Shown piece after piece: positions 35,845 through 47,777 of a DNA stretch of 64,000 nt (positions are counted from its first letter, which is position 1; the number at the start of each line of letters is the position of its first letter). The notes under the pieces are model-generated. The model was not told where the DNA came from. It did not search any database and worked only from the letters and a program-made list of their open reading frames with translations. The translations under genes were made by a program, and so were the position numbers. The stretch lies in the NCBI GenBank assembly GCA_036556565.1, contig DATBJE010000267.1, forward strand, positions 166 through 64,165, written 5' to 3'. The DNA comes from Gaiellaceae bacterium (GTDB lineage: Bacteria; Actinomycetota; Thermoleophilia; Gaiellales; Gaiellaceae).

Positions 35845-36995
35845 GCGGACGCGAGGCGCTCCGCCACCGCCTCCATCGAGTAGCGTCTAACGAGGTCGGA
35901 GGGAGGGTCCGAACGCGTCCCGGGCGGGCTCGAGAGGGGCCCTTCCGCCAGGCGCTCCGCCAGGCCGAGCCAGTCCCCCGGCAGGAAGTAGGCCGCGGCG
36001 TCGCCACAGACTTCCGGGATCGCCCCCGACCGCGAGGCGACGATCGGAAGGCGGGCGGCCATGGCCTCCGCGAGCACCATTCCGAACTGCTCCTCCCAGA
36101 AGAACCGTGGGATGTCGCCGAGGACATAGCCACCGGATGCGGTGGCCAGGCTCGCGAGGACCATGCACGACGCCTCGGCGAAGACACCGGGCATCTCCTT
36201 GTACGGGACGGCCCTGAACTCGACGGCGTCGGCGATGCCGAGCTCACGGGCGTAGGCCTCCAGACGCTCACGCTCCGGCCCGCTGCCGACGACGAGGAGC
36301 CTGGCGCGTCGAGGCTCGCCGCCGTTCGATCCTCGTCGGAGCACGGCGAGCGCACGCATGACGTCCTGATGGCCCTTCTCCCAGACGAGGCGGCCCGGTG
36401 AGACGACGACGTGCTCCGTCGGCAGCGGATCCGGACGAGGCGCGGAGGCGAATCGCTCCACGTCCACTCCCGGGTAGACGACCTCGATCCGCTCACGCTG
36501 GACGCCCTCGAGCACGAGCGCCGCGGCCGCCCGCTCAGTCGCCGGCAGGAAGAGGTCGGTTGCAGCCAGCGTCTCTTCGCGGTAGGTGCGCGCGTATCGG
36601 TTTCGGTAGACGCCGAGAAACGGGATCGTCTCCCAGACCGTGAGCGCGAGCTTGTACCGGTTCTGCGCCTTGCGCCGGGCCGAGTCGGCGGCGAACCAGT
36701 ACGAGAGCTCGGCCGCATGGACGACGTCCGCCCAGGCAAACGCCTCGTCCGCTCCGACGTAGCGGTCGCCCGTGACGCCCGTCGCCACCATGCCGAGACG
36801 GCCCTTCGGCAGATAGCCGCTGACAGCCTTGACCGGAAACCGGCGGAGGCGGACGCCGCTGTCGTCGAACCAGTTGCGCGCCAGGCGCAGGTACGCCACC
36901 TCGAAGCGGTCGGATGGAAGGAGCTCCCAGGGCCGAAGCTCCCAGGGCGTCGCCTGGTAGCCGCGGGCGATGAGGATTCGCGCAGGTCGATCCAC
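35817..36995 (-). CDS. Glycosyltransferase, GT4 family
   Basis: GRLVWEKGHQDVMRAL; EEQFGMVLAEAMAARLPIVAS. Confidence 0.8.
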   Translation of the reverse strand: MDRPARILIARGYQATPWELRPWELLPSDRFEVAYLRLARNWFDDSGVRLRRFPVKAVSGYLPKGRLGMVATGVTGDRYVGADEAFAWADVVHAAELSYWFAADSARRKAQNRYKLALTVWETIPFLGVYRNRYARTYREETLAATDLFLPATERAAAALVLEGVQRERIEVVYPGVDVERFASAPRPDPLPTEHVVVSPGRLVWEKGHQDVMRALAVLRRGSNGGEPRRARLLVVGSGPERERLEAYARELGIADAVEFRAVPYKEMPGVFAEASCMVLASLATASGGYVLGDIPRFFWEEQFGMVLAEAMAARLPIVASRSGAIPEVCGDAAAYFLPGDWLGLAERLAEGPLSSPPGTRSDPPSDLVRRYSMEAVAERLASAYDRLLAPS

Positions 36996-37007
36996 GGTGG
37001 CGCGAGG

Positions 37008-38111
37008 TTACTCGCCGACCGCTCTGCGATAGCTCGCGAGGGTTTCCTCGGCCGTGCGCCGCCAACTGAAGGCCAGAGCACGCTCCCGTCCTCGCTTGGC
37101 GAGCGAGGTCCGAAGCTCAGCGTCCGTGATCAAACGGCGGACGGCGTCGGTGACCGCCGCCTGGTCTGTCGGATCGAAGAGCAGCGCCGCGTCGCCGGCG
37201 ACCTCAGGCAACGCCGGACGGTCGGAGCAGGCGACCGGGATCCCGCGCGCCATCGCCTCCAGGACGGGCAACCCGAAGCCTTCGATCAGCGACGGCAGCA
37301 CGAAGCAGGTCGCCGATGCGTAGAGGGACTCCAGGTGCTCGTCGGAGACCCATCCTTCGAAGCGGACACGATCGGTGACGCCGAGCGACTCGACCAACCC
37401 GCGCAGCTCGCGCTCGTGCTCCGTCGGGCTGCCCGGCAGCACCAGGATCAGACGCTCGTCGGCGAGCTCGGCCGTCGCGCGGATCAGAGTTGCCAGGTTC
37501 TTGTACGGACGCTTCTGCGCAACGCACAGGACGATCGGCTGCTCCACCGCCCGGGTGGGCTCGTCGGCGCCATCCGGGACTCGGACTCCCAAGGGCGTGA
37601 CATCGATCGTGTCCGGAGCGAGCCCGAAGTGCTCAACGAGGTCCTCGCGCGCAGCCTCGGAGATCGTGATCACGCGGTGTGCGGTTCTCGCAGAGATCCG
37701 GGTGAGGACGGCCATCGTCCTCACGGCGCCCGGCGTCCCCCAGTTCTCGCGCTGGTGGAGCCAGATCAGGTCGAGCAGTGTCACGACACGACGCACGCCG
37801 GGCGTGAGCGGCGGCCCGCCGTTGGCCAGGCTGTGGACGACGTCGAGTCGCTTCCACGCGGCCGATCCGGGAATACCGACGGCCTGGCCGAGAAGATGCG
37901 TCCGGTTCGAGAACCGGGTGGGGAACGCCACCCAGTCCACCTCTCCGGCCCACGCCGCCTGCGTGACGCTCGCAGGCGCATCGCGGTTCACGAACACGGT
38001 GAGCGCGAGCTCCGGCTCGGCCTCCAGCAGCGCCGGAACCAGCTCCACGGCATAGCGACCCGCCCCTCCAGCCGCGTCCACGAGAAACATGAGGTTGAGG
38101 CCGACCTTCAC
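37008..38111 (-). CDS. Glycosyltransferase, GT4 family
   Basis: GTG start with a GTGA overlap to the flippase stop. LNLMFLVDAAGGAGRYA; IEGFGLPVLEAMARGIPVACS. Confidence 0.85.
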   Translation of the reverse strand: MKVGLNLMFLVDAAGGAGRYAVELVPALLEAEPELALTVFVNRDAPASVTQAAWAGEVDWVAFPTRFSNRTHLLGQAVGIPGSAAWKRLDVVHSLANGGPPLTPGVRRVVTLLDLIWLHQRENWGTPGAVRTMAVLTRISARTAHRVITISEAAREDLVEHFGLAPDTIDVTPLGVRVPDGADEPTRAVEQPIVLCVAQKRPYKNLATLIRATAELADERLILVLPGSPTEHERELRGLVESLGVTDRVRFEGWVSDEHLESLYASATCFVLPSLIEGFGLPVLEAMARGIPVACSDRPALPEVAGDAALLFDPTDQAAVTDAVRRLITDAELRTSLAKRGRERALAFSWRRTAEETLASYRRAVGE

Positions 38112-39619
38112 CGGGTGGTGCGCGGCGGACGCCAGAGCATCGCATCGATGACCTCGGGCGGCACACCGCGGAGCGCGAACAGCGCTCCCCAGTAGACGAC
38201 CGTTCCCACAACGACCAGAAGGATGCCTTCGAGAGGGGCGAAGAGGAGCGCCGCGCTCAAGATCGTCGCGCCGGCGATGCGCGGGACGAGCCCGAAGTCG
38301 TAGCGGACGACGCGGCTGCCGAAGAGGACGGCGCCGTAGATCACCGCGATCAGAGACTCAGCCGCCAGCGTGGCCACGGCCCCGCCCTCTGCACCCATCG
38401 CGGGCACGAGGATCGCGGTCGCCACGATGCTGACCGCCAGCCCCGCGAGGTTGCCGACGAGCAGCGCGACGTGCCGGTGGAGGGAGACGAGCGCAAACGC
38501 GCCGGTCACCGCCAGGAAGCCGGCGATGAGCGCCAGGCCCTGGATCTGGAGCACCGGGATCGCGGGCTCGAACTCGGCGCCGGCCACGAGGCGGATGGCG
38601 ACGCTGGCTCCCATCACCGTCGACAGGCCCATCCACACACCGACGATCAACGCGATGTCCACGAGGCGCTGGATTGCGTACTGCAGGCGCTCCCGGTCGG
38701 TCACCGCCGCTCGCGCAAGAACGGGAAACGCGGTCGAGATGAGAAGGAGTGGGATCCCCGCCAGGATCGTGAAGATGCGGAAGGCCGCTCCGAGGTAGCC
38801 GCTCTCCTCGGCTGTCCCGACGATCGAGGTCGTGACGATCACCGCGGAGACGTAGATCGTGCCCACCGCGGCAGCAGCCGCGTAGACCCCGACGAGCCGG
38901 AGGATCCGCAGCCATTCCGACCAGTCCACGCGCGGAAGGAGCGGGGCGTTGCCGCGGACGAGCGGCATCGCGGCAAACAGGACGACGAGGCCGGCCGGAA
39001 TCGTGGCGGCGAAGAACGCCAGGAGGCCGGCGTCCGCGAGCACCAGGATGACGACGACTCCGACGAAGGCCACCTGCCGCAGAAAGTCGATGGTGCTCAG
39101 CCAGCCGAACCGAAGAGCCACGCCGATCGGGATCGAGTACGTCTGTTGGACGGTTGCGATCACGAGGCCGACCCCGGCCAGCAGCGTGCCGCCGACCATC
39201 ACCTGCTCGTAGCCGGCCACCACCGCGAACACGGCCGCGGCCGCGACTCCCACGACGGCGACACACAATCGGATGCCGATGACGTTCGCGAGCAGGCGGT
39301 CGCGCTCGCCCCGCTCGCGGGTTGCGAACTCCCGCGCCGCGATGTTCGAGACGCCGGCGTCGGTCAGCCCGGCGACGATCGCGATGAGCGAGGTCACGAT
39401 CACGTACTTCCCGAAGTCCTCCACGCCGAGGTACCGCGTCATCAGCGCCGCGGAGACGATCCCGACGGTCACTCCCGCCACATAGGTCCCGATCCTGAGG
39501 GCGCCGCCGCGGATCACCCGCCCGCCCGCGCTGGGCGAGTCGAGGACATTCAGAGGGTCGTCGGGCGGGAACTCCGGGAGACCGTCGAGCTTGTCGACCG
39601 GCCGATCTGGTCCGCTCAC
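38108..39619 (-). CDS. Wzx-like polysaccharide flippase (MOP superfamily), copy 2
   Basis: Start moved to GTG 39619 (VSGPDRPVDKL), a GTGA overlap with the upstream GT2 stop. VIRGGALRIGTYVAGVTVGIVSAALMTRYLG plus about 12 TM helices. Confidence 0.8.
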   Translation of the reverse strand: MSGPDRPVDKLDGLPEFPPDDPLNVLDSPSAGGRVIRGGALRIGTYVAGVTVGIVSAALMTRYLGVEDFGKYVIVTSLIAIVAGLTDAGVSNIAAREFATRERGERDRLLANVIGIRLCVAVVGVAAAAVFAVVAGYEQVMVGGTLLAGVGLVIATVQQTYSIPIGVALRFGWLSTIDFLRQVAFVGVVVILVLADAGLLAFFAATIPAGLVVLFAAMPLVRGNAPLLPRVDWSEWLRILRLVGVYAAAAAVGTIYVSAVIVTTSIVGTAEESGYLGAAFRIFTILAGIPLLLISTAFPVLARAAVTDRERLQYAIQRLVDIALIVGVWMGLSTVMGASVAIRLVAGAEFEPAIPVLQIQGLALIAGFLAVTGAFALVSLHRHVALLVGNLAGLAVSIVATAILVPAMGAEGGAVATLAAESLIAVIYGAVLFGSRVVRYDFGLVPRIAGATILSAALLFAPLEGILLVVVGTVVYWGALFALRGVPPEVIDAMLWRPPRTTR

Positions 39620-40509
39620 GCCCCGAGCACATCCTCGATCCTGGCAGGACGCTTCCCGAGACGCTGGTAGAGCCTCCAGGCCGAGCGGCTCACCGGCTTC
39701 CGCTCGGAGCGGCCGCGCAACGCGGCCCTGTAACCGGCGAGGAGACCTCTTGCGAAGAGCCGCGTGCGGCGAACGCCCCGTCCCAACCAGAGCATGTGGA
39801 GAGTCGTTTTCGCAAGCAGAGGCACGAGATCCGGCATGGGCACGTTGTGCCAGGCGAAGAGGACATCGTTTCGGCACTCGTAGAACCAGATCCGGTCGAG
39901 GTTCCTGGCCGGCGACGCGAGATGGCGGACAGGATCCGCGCGGCCCAGGCGCACGAAGTGGCCGGCGTCGAGGAGCCGAAGGCACAGATCGGGCTCTTCC
40001 GCCTGCTGGAAGAGATCGCCCCGGTAGCCGCCGAGGGAGAGGAAGAGATCGCGCCGAAGCGCATGCGCGGTGCCGCGGAAGCGATGGGTGAGGTAGACGC
40101 CTTCCTCTCGAGGCGCACGTTGGAGGACGCCGTCTCCCTGAGGCACGTCGACGTAGGGCATGGCAACCGCTGCCACACGGGGCTGATCGAACTCGGTCAC
40201 GGTCGCCGACACCACCCGTTCGCTCGTGAAGACGGCGTCGTCGTCGATGGAGACGATGATCGGAGCGGACGCGAGCTCCGCCGCCTCGTTTCGGCGGACG
40301 ATCAGCCCGGCGCTGCGCTCGTGGCGCACGACGCGGGCCTCGGGGAAGACGGAGCGCACCGCGTCGGCCGTCCCGTCGACCGACCCGTCGTCGAGAACGA
40401 GCACCTCCACAGAAGGACGTTGCGCGAGCGCGGATTGCACCGCGCGAAGCGCCTCTTCCCGCCGGTCCTTCGTGACGATCACGACAGTGGCAGCCGGCGC
40501 GGCGGTCAT
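39616..40509 (-). CDS. Glycosyltransferase family 2
   Basis: Start moved to ATG 40509 (MTAAPAATVVIVTKDRRE), an ATGA overlap upstream. VLVLDDGSVDGT, SIDDDAVF, EEPDLCLRL. Confidence 0.8.
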   Translation of the reverse strand: MTAAPAATVVIVTKDRREEALRAVQSALAQRPSVEVLVLDDGSVDGTADAVRSVFPEARVVRHERSAGLIVRRNEAAELASAPIIVSIDDDAVFTSERVVSATVTEFDQPRVAAVAMPYVDVPQGDGVLQRAPREEGVYLTHRFRGTAHALRRDLFLSLGGYRGDLFQQAEEPDLCLRLLDAGHFVRLGRADPVRHLASPARNLDRIWFYECRNDVLFAWHNVPMPDLVPLLAKTTLHMLWLGRGVRRTRLFARGLLAGYRAALRGRSERKPVSRSAWRLYQRLGKRPARIEDVLGA

Positions 40510-41396
40510 CCCTGCCCGCGCCACGCCCAGAACATGCCCTGGTCCGGACTGAACTCGAACACGAGCTTCGTCTCGTATCCGGCACCCTCGACGATCTCGA
40601 GCGCCAGGCGCCGCGGATCCGAGCCGGGCGCCTGGTCGGGGTGGTACTCGAGCACGAGAGCCGGCACCTGCAGCTGCAGGAAGCGAGGATCGGTGAGAAC
40701 GGCCCACTCGGCACCCTCGACGTCGACCTTCGCGAGGTCGATGCCCTCCAGGTAGGGGAAGACGTCGACTGCATCCACGTGCATTCCGCTCCCCTCCGGC
40801 TCGATTCGGGAGCGTGAGAACTCGCCGGCCCGGAAGCCAATCCGGCCGTCGCGGTTTCCGGCCGCCGCCTCGATCAGGCGCCAGTGGCGGCCTGCGGCGT
40901 TCGCATCGATACAGAGCCGGGCGACCTCGGCGTTCGTGGGATCCGGCTCGAAGGCCGTGATCTCGGCGCCGGGAAAGCGATCGAGCGCCCACACGCCGAA
41001 GAGGCCGATGTTCGCTCCGAGGTCGAGGATGCGCGGCGGCCTTCCCAGGCCGTCGAGGACGCGGGCGACCTCTTCCGGAAGCTCGTAGTGGCCGGTGTAG
41101 AAGATCTCGTCGAGGACCAGCGGATCCGCGGTGTTGTGACGGACGAAGATCGGCCGGCCCGTCCGGCGGAGCGCGTACCGCGAAAGCGATCCGCTGGCGG
41201 ACAGCTCGCGGTACACGAACCGCAGCGAGCCCCTCACCGTCGAGGCCTGGATCAGCACCGAGATGACCCGCGCGACCCGCGGGCGCCGGAGGATGCTCTG
41301 CGCGCGATGGGTTCGGGCCACGCGTTGGACGGACCTCCGCATCGCTCTCTTCGCCCGCGCCAGCGCTGGAGGCTTCTGGGCGGCAGGGTCGCTCAT
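40506..41396 (-). CDS. FkbM-family methyltransferase (paralogue of 42567..43451)
   Basis: ILDLGANIGLFGVWAL, AFEPDPTNA, DLAKVDVEGAEWAVL. The start could instead be the internal ATG at 41342. Confidence 0.8.
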   Translation of the reverse strand: MSDPAAQKPPALARAKRAMRRSVQRVARTHRAQSILRRPRVARVISVLIQASTVRGSLRFVYRELSASGSLSRYALRRTGRPIFVRHNTADPLVLDEIFYTGHYELPEEVARVLDGLGRPPRILDLGANIGLFGVWALDRFPGAEITAFEPDPTNAEVARLCIDANAAGRHWRLIEAAAGNRDGRIGFRAGEFSRSRIEPEGSGMHVDAVDVFPYLEGIDLAKVDVEGAEWAVLTDPRFLQLQVPALVLEYHPDQAPGSDPRRLALEIVEGAGYETKLVFEFSPDQGMFWAWRGQG

Positions 41397-41410
41397 GGAA
41401 ACCGCGCAAC

Positions 41411-41416
41411 TACTAT
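41411..41416 (+). promoter_or_regulatory. -10-like TACTAT box 8 nt upstream of GTG 41425
   Basis: TACTAT-caggcgcc-GTG in the divergent spacer. Confidence 0.4.
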
Positions 41417-41424
41417 CAGGCGCC

Positions 41425-42570
41425 GTGCCGGACGGCCGCCCGATCCTTCAGCACCTCGGTGTGAACGCGCTGTTCCTGGAGCCGAGGATGGGCGGGATCG
41501 AGACGTATGTCCGCAGCCTCTACCCGGCGATGCTCGAGACACGGCCCGACCTCCGGATCTCGATGTTCGTGAACGGCCAGGGCAAGGAACTGATCGCCTC
41601 CGAGCCATGGGCCGGTTCGGTGGAGCTCGTGACGCATCCGGTCGTCGGAGCCCGAGGGTCGCGCGCTCTCGGCGAGGCGTTGCTCGTCGGTCGCCTTGCG
41701 CGCGGACACGGTTGCGACCTGCTGCACAGTGTCGCGATGACGGCGCCTCTTCGACCGAGCATCCCGTCGGTGGTCACGATCGCGGACGTCACCTGGCTGC
41801 GGCAGCCCGGCGCCGTTCCGCGCAAGACCCGGTTCCTCTGGAAGACACTCGTGATCCCGGCCGCCCGGAGCGCGCGACGGCTGATCGCCATCTCGGAGAC
41901 CGCTCGCCGCGAGGTCGCCGAGGACCTCGGCGTGCCGGCCGACCGGATCGACGTCATTCCGCTCGGGCCCGGTGCCCTGGGGCCGGCTGCGACGCCGGAG
42001 AGCGAGACCCGCCGAAAGCTCGGTGTCGGAGCAGGCCCGATCGTGCTCGCGGTGTCCGCGTTCCTCGCGCACAAGAACGTGGAGCGCCTGGTCGAGGCCC
42101 TGCCGGCGATCCGCGCCGTGGTCCCTGATGCGGAGCTCGTCCTCGCCGGGAACTGGACACCACTCCGCGACGAGATCGAGGCACGGGCTGAGGCGCTTGG
42201 GGTGGGCGGCGCCGTCCACTTTCCGGGCTGGGTTGCGAGCGCGGACCTCGAGGGGCTGTACGCGGCGGCGAGCTGCGCCGTGGTCCCGTCGCTCCGCGAG
42301 GGCTTCGGGTTGCCGGTGCTCGAGGCCATGCGACGAGGTGTGCCGGTCGCCTGCTCACGGACATCCGCCCTTCCCGAGGTTGCCGGCGATGCCGCCCTCT
42401 TCTTCGACCCGGAGAGCCCGGCATCGATCGCGGAGGCCGTCGCCGCAATCCTCCCCGACCCCGAACTGGCCGCACGCCTGTCGGCGCGGGGCATGGAGCG
42501 GGCGGCCCTGTTCACCTGGGAGCGTGCGGCTGAGGAGACCCTCGCGACGTTCGAGCAGGCCCTCGCATGA
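41425..42570 (+). CDS. Glycosyltransferase, GT4 family
   Basis: GTG 41425 (VPDGRPILQHLGVNALFLEPRMGGIETY) is preferred because of the TACTAT box. ATG 41395 is the alternative but would overlap the divergent ATG (CATG). REGFGLPVLEAMRRGVPVACS. Confidence 0.8.
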   Translation: MPDGRPILQHLGVNALFLEPRMGGIETYVRSLYPAMLETRPDLRISMFVNGQGKELIASEPWAGSVELVTHPVVGARGSRALGEALLVGRLARGHGCDLLHSVAMTAPLRPSIPSVVTIADVTWLRQPGAVPRKTRFLWKTLVIPAARSARRLIAISETARREVAEDLGVPADRIDVIPLGPGALGPAATPESETRRKLGVGAGPIVLAVSAFLAHKNVERLVEALPAIRAVVPDAELVLAGNWTPLRDEIEARAEALGVGGAVHFPGWVASADLEGLYAAASCAVVPSLREGFGLPVLEAMRRGVPVACSRTSALPEVAGDAALFFDPESPASIAEAVAAILPDPELAARLSARGMERAALFTWERAAEETLATFEQALA

Positions 42571-43451
42571 CCGATCTCCCCATGCGGCTCGTGCGGATGC
42601 TCGCGACCGCGCCGGGCTTCAGGCGGCTGACGAGGGTCAGGGCGCTTCTCCGCGTCAGCTACGCGCTCAGGGCTGCTCTCGTGCAGGAACGCCGCCGGTT
42701 CGCGCTCAACGAGCTGCGCCGGCGCGAGTCGACCGGCGTCTACCGGCTGCGCGAATCGGGAGTCGCGTTCGCCGCGCGGCACCACACGGGCGACATCCTG
42801 GTGCTGGACGAGATCTTCTCCCAGCGGGAGTACGAGCCGCCCCTGGAAGCGGAGGCGGCGCTGGCCGGGCTGCCGGCCGCGCTGCAGGTGATCGACCTCG
42901 GAGCCAACATCGGGCTGTTCGGCGCATGGGTGCTCGGACGCTTCCCCGGCGCCCGGATCGTCGCGGTCGAAGCCGATCCCGCCAACGCCGAGGTCCATCG
43001 CCGGACGATCGAGGCGAACGGTCTCGGCGCGCGCTGGGAGCTCGTGGAGGCGTTCGCGTCGACCGCAACGGGAGAGGTGCGCTTCGCAGGCGGCCAGCAT
43101 GCGACGTCGCACGAGGCGGAGGACGGGACGCCGGTGCCGGCGGTCGACGCCTTCCCGCTCCTGGCCGACGGAGACCTTCTCAAGATCGACATCGAGGGTG
43201 GAGAGTGGGCGATCCTCGGTGACGCGCGATTTGCCGGCCTGCGGCCGAGTGTGGTCGTGCTCGAGTACCACCAAGACGGCTGCCCGGAGTCCGACGCGGC
43301 GTCGGCGGCCTCGGACGCCCTTCGCGCCGCAGGCCTGGATGTGGTCGAGGGCTCGAGCAAGCCCGAGTTCGGCGCGGGGATCGTCTGGGGCCTAGCGAGG
43401 CCGGACGCCACGCCCGCCGACGATTCGCAGGGCGTCGCGGAGCACCAGTGA
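42567..43451 (+). CDS. FkbM-family methyltransferase (paralogue of 40506..41396)
   Basis: VIDLGANIGLFGAWVL, AVEADPANA, DLLKIDIEGGEWAIL. The N-terminal region is also collinear with the paralogue (LVLDEIF...YE.P). Confidence 0.8.
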   Translation: MTDLPMRLVRMLATAPGFRRLTRVRALLRVSYALRAALVQERRRFALNELRRRESTGVYRLRESGVAFAARHHTGDILVLDEIFSQREYEPPLEAEAALAGLPAALQVIDLGANIGLFGAWVLGRFPGARIVAVEADPANAEVHRRTIEANGLGARWELVEAFASTATGEVRFAGGQHATSHEAEDGTPVPAVDAFPLLADGDLLKIDIEGGEWAILGDARFAGLRPSVVVLEYHQDGCPESDAASAASDALRAAGLDVVEGSSKPEFGAGIVWGLARPDATPADDSQGVAEHQ

Positions 43452-44273
43452 ATAGGCGCTGCGGGACTCCGCATCTCGCGCGCTGACCATGCGGGCGGCA
43501 GCGGCCAGCGCAAACGCCGGCGCCGTGATCGCCCTTCCCCCGAGCCCAAGGTGGCGCTGCGCGTAGAGCAGCGCGCCGCGATAGCTCCGGGCGACGACCT
43601 CCGCACGGCTGAGCCGCCCCGCGCTCGCGCCGCCGACATGCGGGAAGGCTGCGCCGGCGACGAACAGGATCTCGCCCTGCGCGCCGAGCCGCCGGGCGAG
43701 GTCGAGGTCCTCGAACCAGAACTCGAACTCCTCGTCCCACCCACCGGCTGACTCGAAAGCCGTTCGCCGAACGAGCAGGCAGGCGCCGGGCGGCTGGTCG
43801 ACGGCGACCACGCCCTCTCCGGGCACGTCCAGCGGCCGCCGTGGCCGCCCGAACAACGTCCCGGCGAGCGTCAGCGCCCCCGGGAACGGACGGGGGAGGT
43901 ACTGGTCCTGCGTCGCGCCGTCGGTCGGATCGACGAGGCGACCCGCCGCCGCGACCGCGCCGGGCCGTTCCTCGAGCGCCTGCGCGAGCACCGCGACTGC
44001 TTCGTCGGTCGCGAAGACGTCGTCGTTCAGGAACAGGACGAGCTCGGCCGTCCCCGCCTCCGCCCCGCGGTTGTAGGCGTAGGAGAGCCCTTCGGGCCGC
44101 CCGACCACGACGACATCGACCTCCGGCCGGGATTCCCGGACCGCGTCGGGCGTCCCGTCCGTGGAGCCGTTGTCGACGACGACCACCCGGTCGAGGAGCG
44201 GCGAGCGCAACCGCTCGATGCACTCGAGGATCAGCTCGCGCGAGTCCCGCGTCGCCACGACGGCGTCGATCAC
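43392..44273 (-). CDS. Glycosyltransferase family 2
   Basis: GTG start. VVVVDNGSTDGT, LNDDVF, WFEDLDLARRL. Confidence 0.8.
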   Translation of the reverse strand: MIDAVVATRDSRELILECIERLRSPLLDRVVVVDNGSTDGTPDAVRESRPEVDVVVVGRPEGLSYAYNRGAEAGTAELVLFLNDDVFATDEAVAVLAQALEERPGAVAAAGRLVDPTDGATQDQYLPRPFPGALTLAGTLFGRPRRPLDVPGEGVVAVDQPPGACLLVRRTAFESAGGWDEEFEFWFEDLDLARRLGAQGEILFVAGAAFPHVGGASAGRLSRAEVVARSYRGALLYAQRHLGLGGRAITAPAFALAAAARMVSARDAESRSAYSLVLRDALRIVGGRGVRPR

Positions 44274-44285
44274 CAGTCGCTCTCA

Positions 44286-44291
44286 TACCAT
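44286..44291 (+). promoter_or_regulatory. -10-like TACCAT box 8 nt upstream of GTG 44300
   Basis: TACCAT-cagcggcc-GTG in the divergent spacer. Confidence 0.35.
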
Positions 44292-44299
44292 CAGCGGCC

Positions 44300-45028
44300 G
44301 TGAGCGGTGCACTCGACGCCCACCTGCGATCTGGCCCCCAGATGCTCCAGTACCAGACGCTGGCGCGGCGACTTGCCGAGCGCAACCCGGGGCGCACGCT
44401 CGACTGGGGCTGCGGCTACGGCCAGGTGACCGCGCTCCTGCGCGCCGAAGGCGTCGACGCGACGGCCTTTGACTATCGGGCCGAGCTGGACACGCCGGCG
44501 ATCGAGCCCCTCGAGCGCTTCCCGAGCATCGACGCGCACCTGAGCCCGGATCCCGTCGCGCTTCCGTTCGAGGACGACAGCTTCGACACCGTGCTCTCCT
44601 GCGGCGTGCTCGAGCACGTCGAGGACCCGGACGGGAGCCTGGAGGAGATCGGCCGGGTCCTCAGGCCTTTCGGCACGTTCTTCATCACGAACCTGCCCAA
44701 CCGATGGTCCTACACGGAGAAGATCGCGCGCCTGCTCGGACGCTACTACCACGGCCAACTCCCGAACGATCGTGTCTACACCAAGCGAACCGTCCGCGAG
44801 CTGCTTGATCGACACGGCTTCGCGATCGAGGAGCTCAGGACGGTGCACATGCTGCCGCTCACGCTCGGCGGCCCCGCCGGCCCCGTCTGGAGGCTGAGCA
44901 GGGCGCTCGAGCGCATTCCCGGCCTCAACCTCGTGGCGACGAGCCTGGAACTGGCTGCGACGAACGCAGGCGGTACAGATGGTCGTGCACCGACAGCTGC
45001 TCCACGTGCTCGTAACGGCCCGCGATGA
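44300..45028 (+). CDS. Class I SAM-dependent methyltransferase
   Basis: GTG 44300 (or ATG 44342, MLQYQTLARRL). TLDWGCGYGQVTALL, VLSCGVLEHV, LRPFGTFFITN. The upstream part of the track ORF is antisense to the GT2. Confidence 0.75.
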   Translation: MSGALDAHLRSGPQMLQYQTLARRLAERNPGRTLDWGCGYGQVTALLRAEGVDATAFDYRAELDTPAIEPLERFPSIDAHLSPDPVALPFEDDSFDTVLSCGVLEHVEDPDGSLEEIGRVLRPFGTFFITNLPNRWSYTEKIARLLGRYYHGQLPNDRVYTKRTVRELLDRHGFAIEELRTVHMLPLTLGGPAGPVWRLSRALERIPGLNLVATSLELAATNAGGTDGRAPTAAPRARNGPR

Positions 45029-45641
45029 GCGCCTCGATCCGGTGCCGGGCCCGACCCGGATCCAGCATCTCGACGAGCAGGTAGCGCGGCGTGTGGCGCT
45101 CGAGGTCGAGCCCGGCGAGCGCCTCGGGTTCGTAGCCCTCGACGTCGAGGACGAGCAGGTCGATCTCGTCGAACCCGGCCTCGTCGAGCAGCGCGCTCAG
45201 CGTCGCGCCGCGCACTTCGAGCTCGTAGTTCGGCTCCCGCCCGCCGCGGGTCCCGGTCTCCGCGTGCTCGCGGTCGGCCTCAGGCGATCCTTGCGCGCCG
45301 TGGACGAGGGTCATCAGGTTCGCCACCGTCAGCTGCACCGGCCGCCCCTCCAGCTCCGGCGGAACGAGCGCCGCCTGGACGACGCGTGAGCGTGTCCGCT
45401 CCCGCCGCGCCGCCTCCGCCAGCTCCGGCACGGGCTCCACGAGGAGCCCGGTCCAGCCCTTGAGCCGCTCGAAGTAGTACGTGTTGCTCTGAAGGAAGCC
45501 GTCGAACGCACCGGCTTCCACGAACACGCCGTTCCGCTCCGGGAGGTAGGCCTCGAGCTTGCGGTCGAGGCCGTGAAGCGCAGGCTGGGAGTAGCGGGCG
45601 GAGCCGAACCGCTCGAACAACCGCCGCCGGACGCGCGCCAC
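44925..45641 (-). CDS. FkbM-family methyltransferase
   Basis: GTG start. VFVEAGAFDGFLQSNT, DLLVLDVEGYEPEAL. Confidence 0.75.
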   Translation of the reverse strand: MARVRRRLFERFGSARYSQPALHGLDRKLEAYLPERNGVFVEAGAFDGFLQSNTYYFERLKGWTGLLVEPVPELAEAARRERTRSRVVQAALVPPELEGRPVQLTVANLMTLVHGAQGSPEADREHAETGTRGGREPNYELEVRGATLSALLDEAGFDEIDLLVLDVEGYEPEALAGLDLERHTPRYLLVEMLDPGRARHRIEALIAGRYEHVEQLSVHDHLYRLRSSQPVPGSSPRG

Positions 45642-45716
45642 GCGGCGCGCATGCGGCTCGACGGCCGGGTGCTCGAGGAGGCGGCGGAGTCCCGCCGGGA
45701 GGGCGACGGTGCGCTC

Positions 45717-47755
<2,039 letters not shown>

Positions 47756-47777
<22 letters not shown>

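Noticed and set aside
38108-40840. Over-long track ORFs that appear to fuse two genes: 38108..40840, 39616..41409, 45573..47777, 49203..51041, 55612..57840, 26946..29591, 52355..53797, 53479..54729, 7152..8423, 22195..23700, 11948..13570.
   Set aside because: The 5' portions are out-of-frame read-through of the upstream gene or antisense sequence. Internal starts give ATGA/GTGA coupling and sensible N-termini, so I trimmed them.
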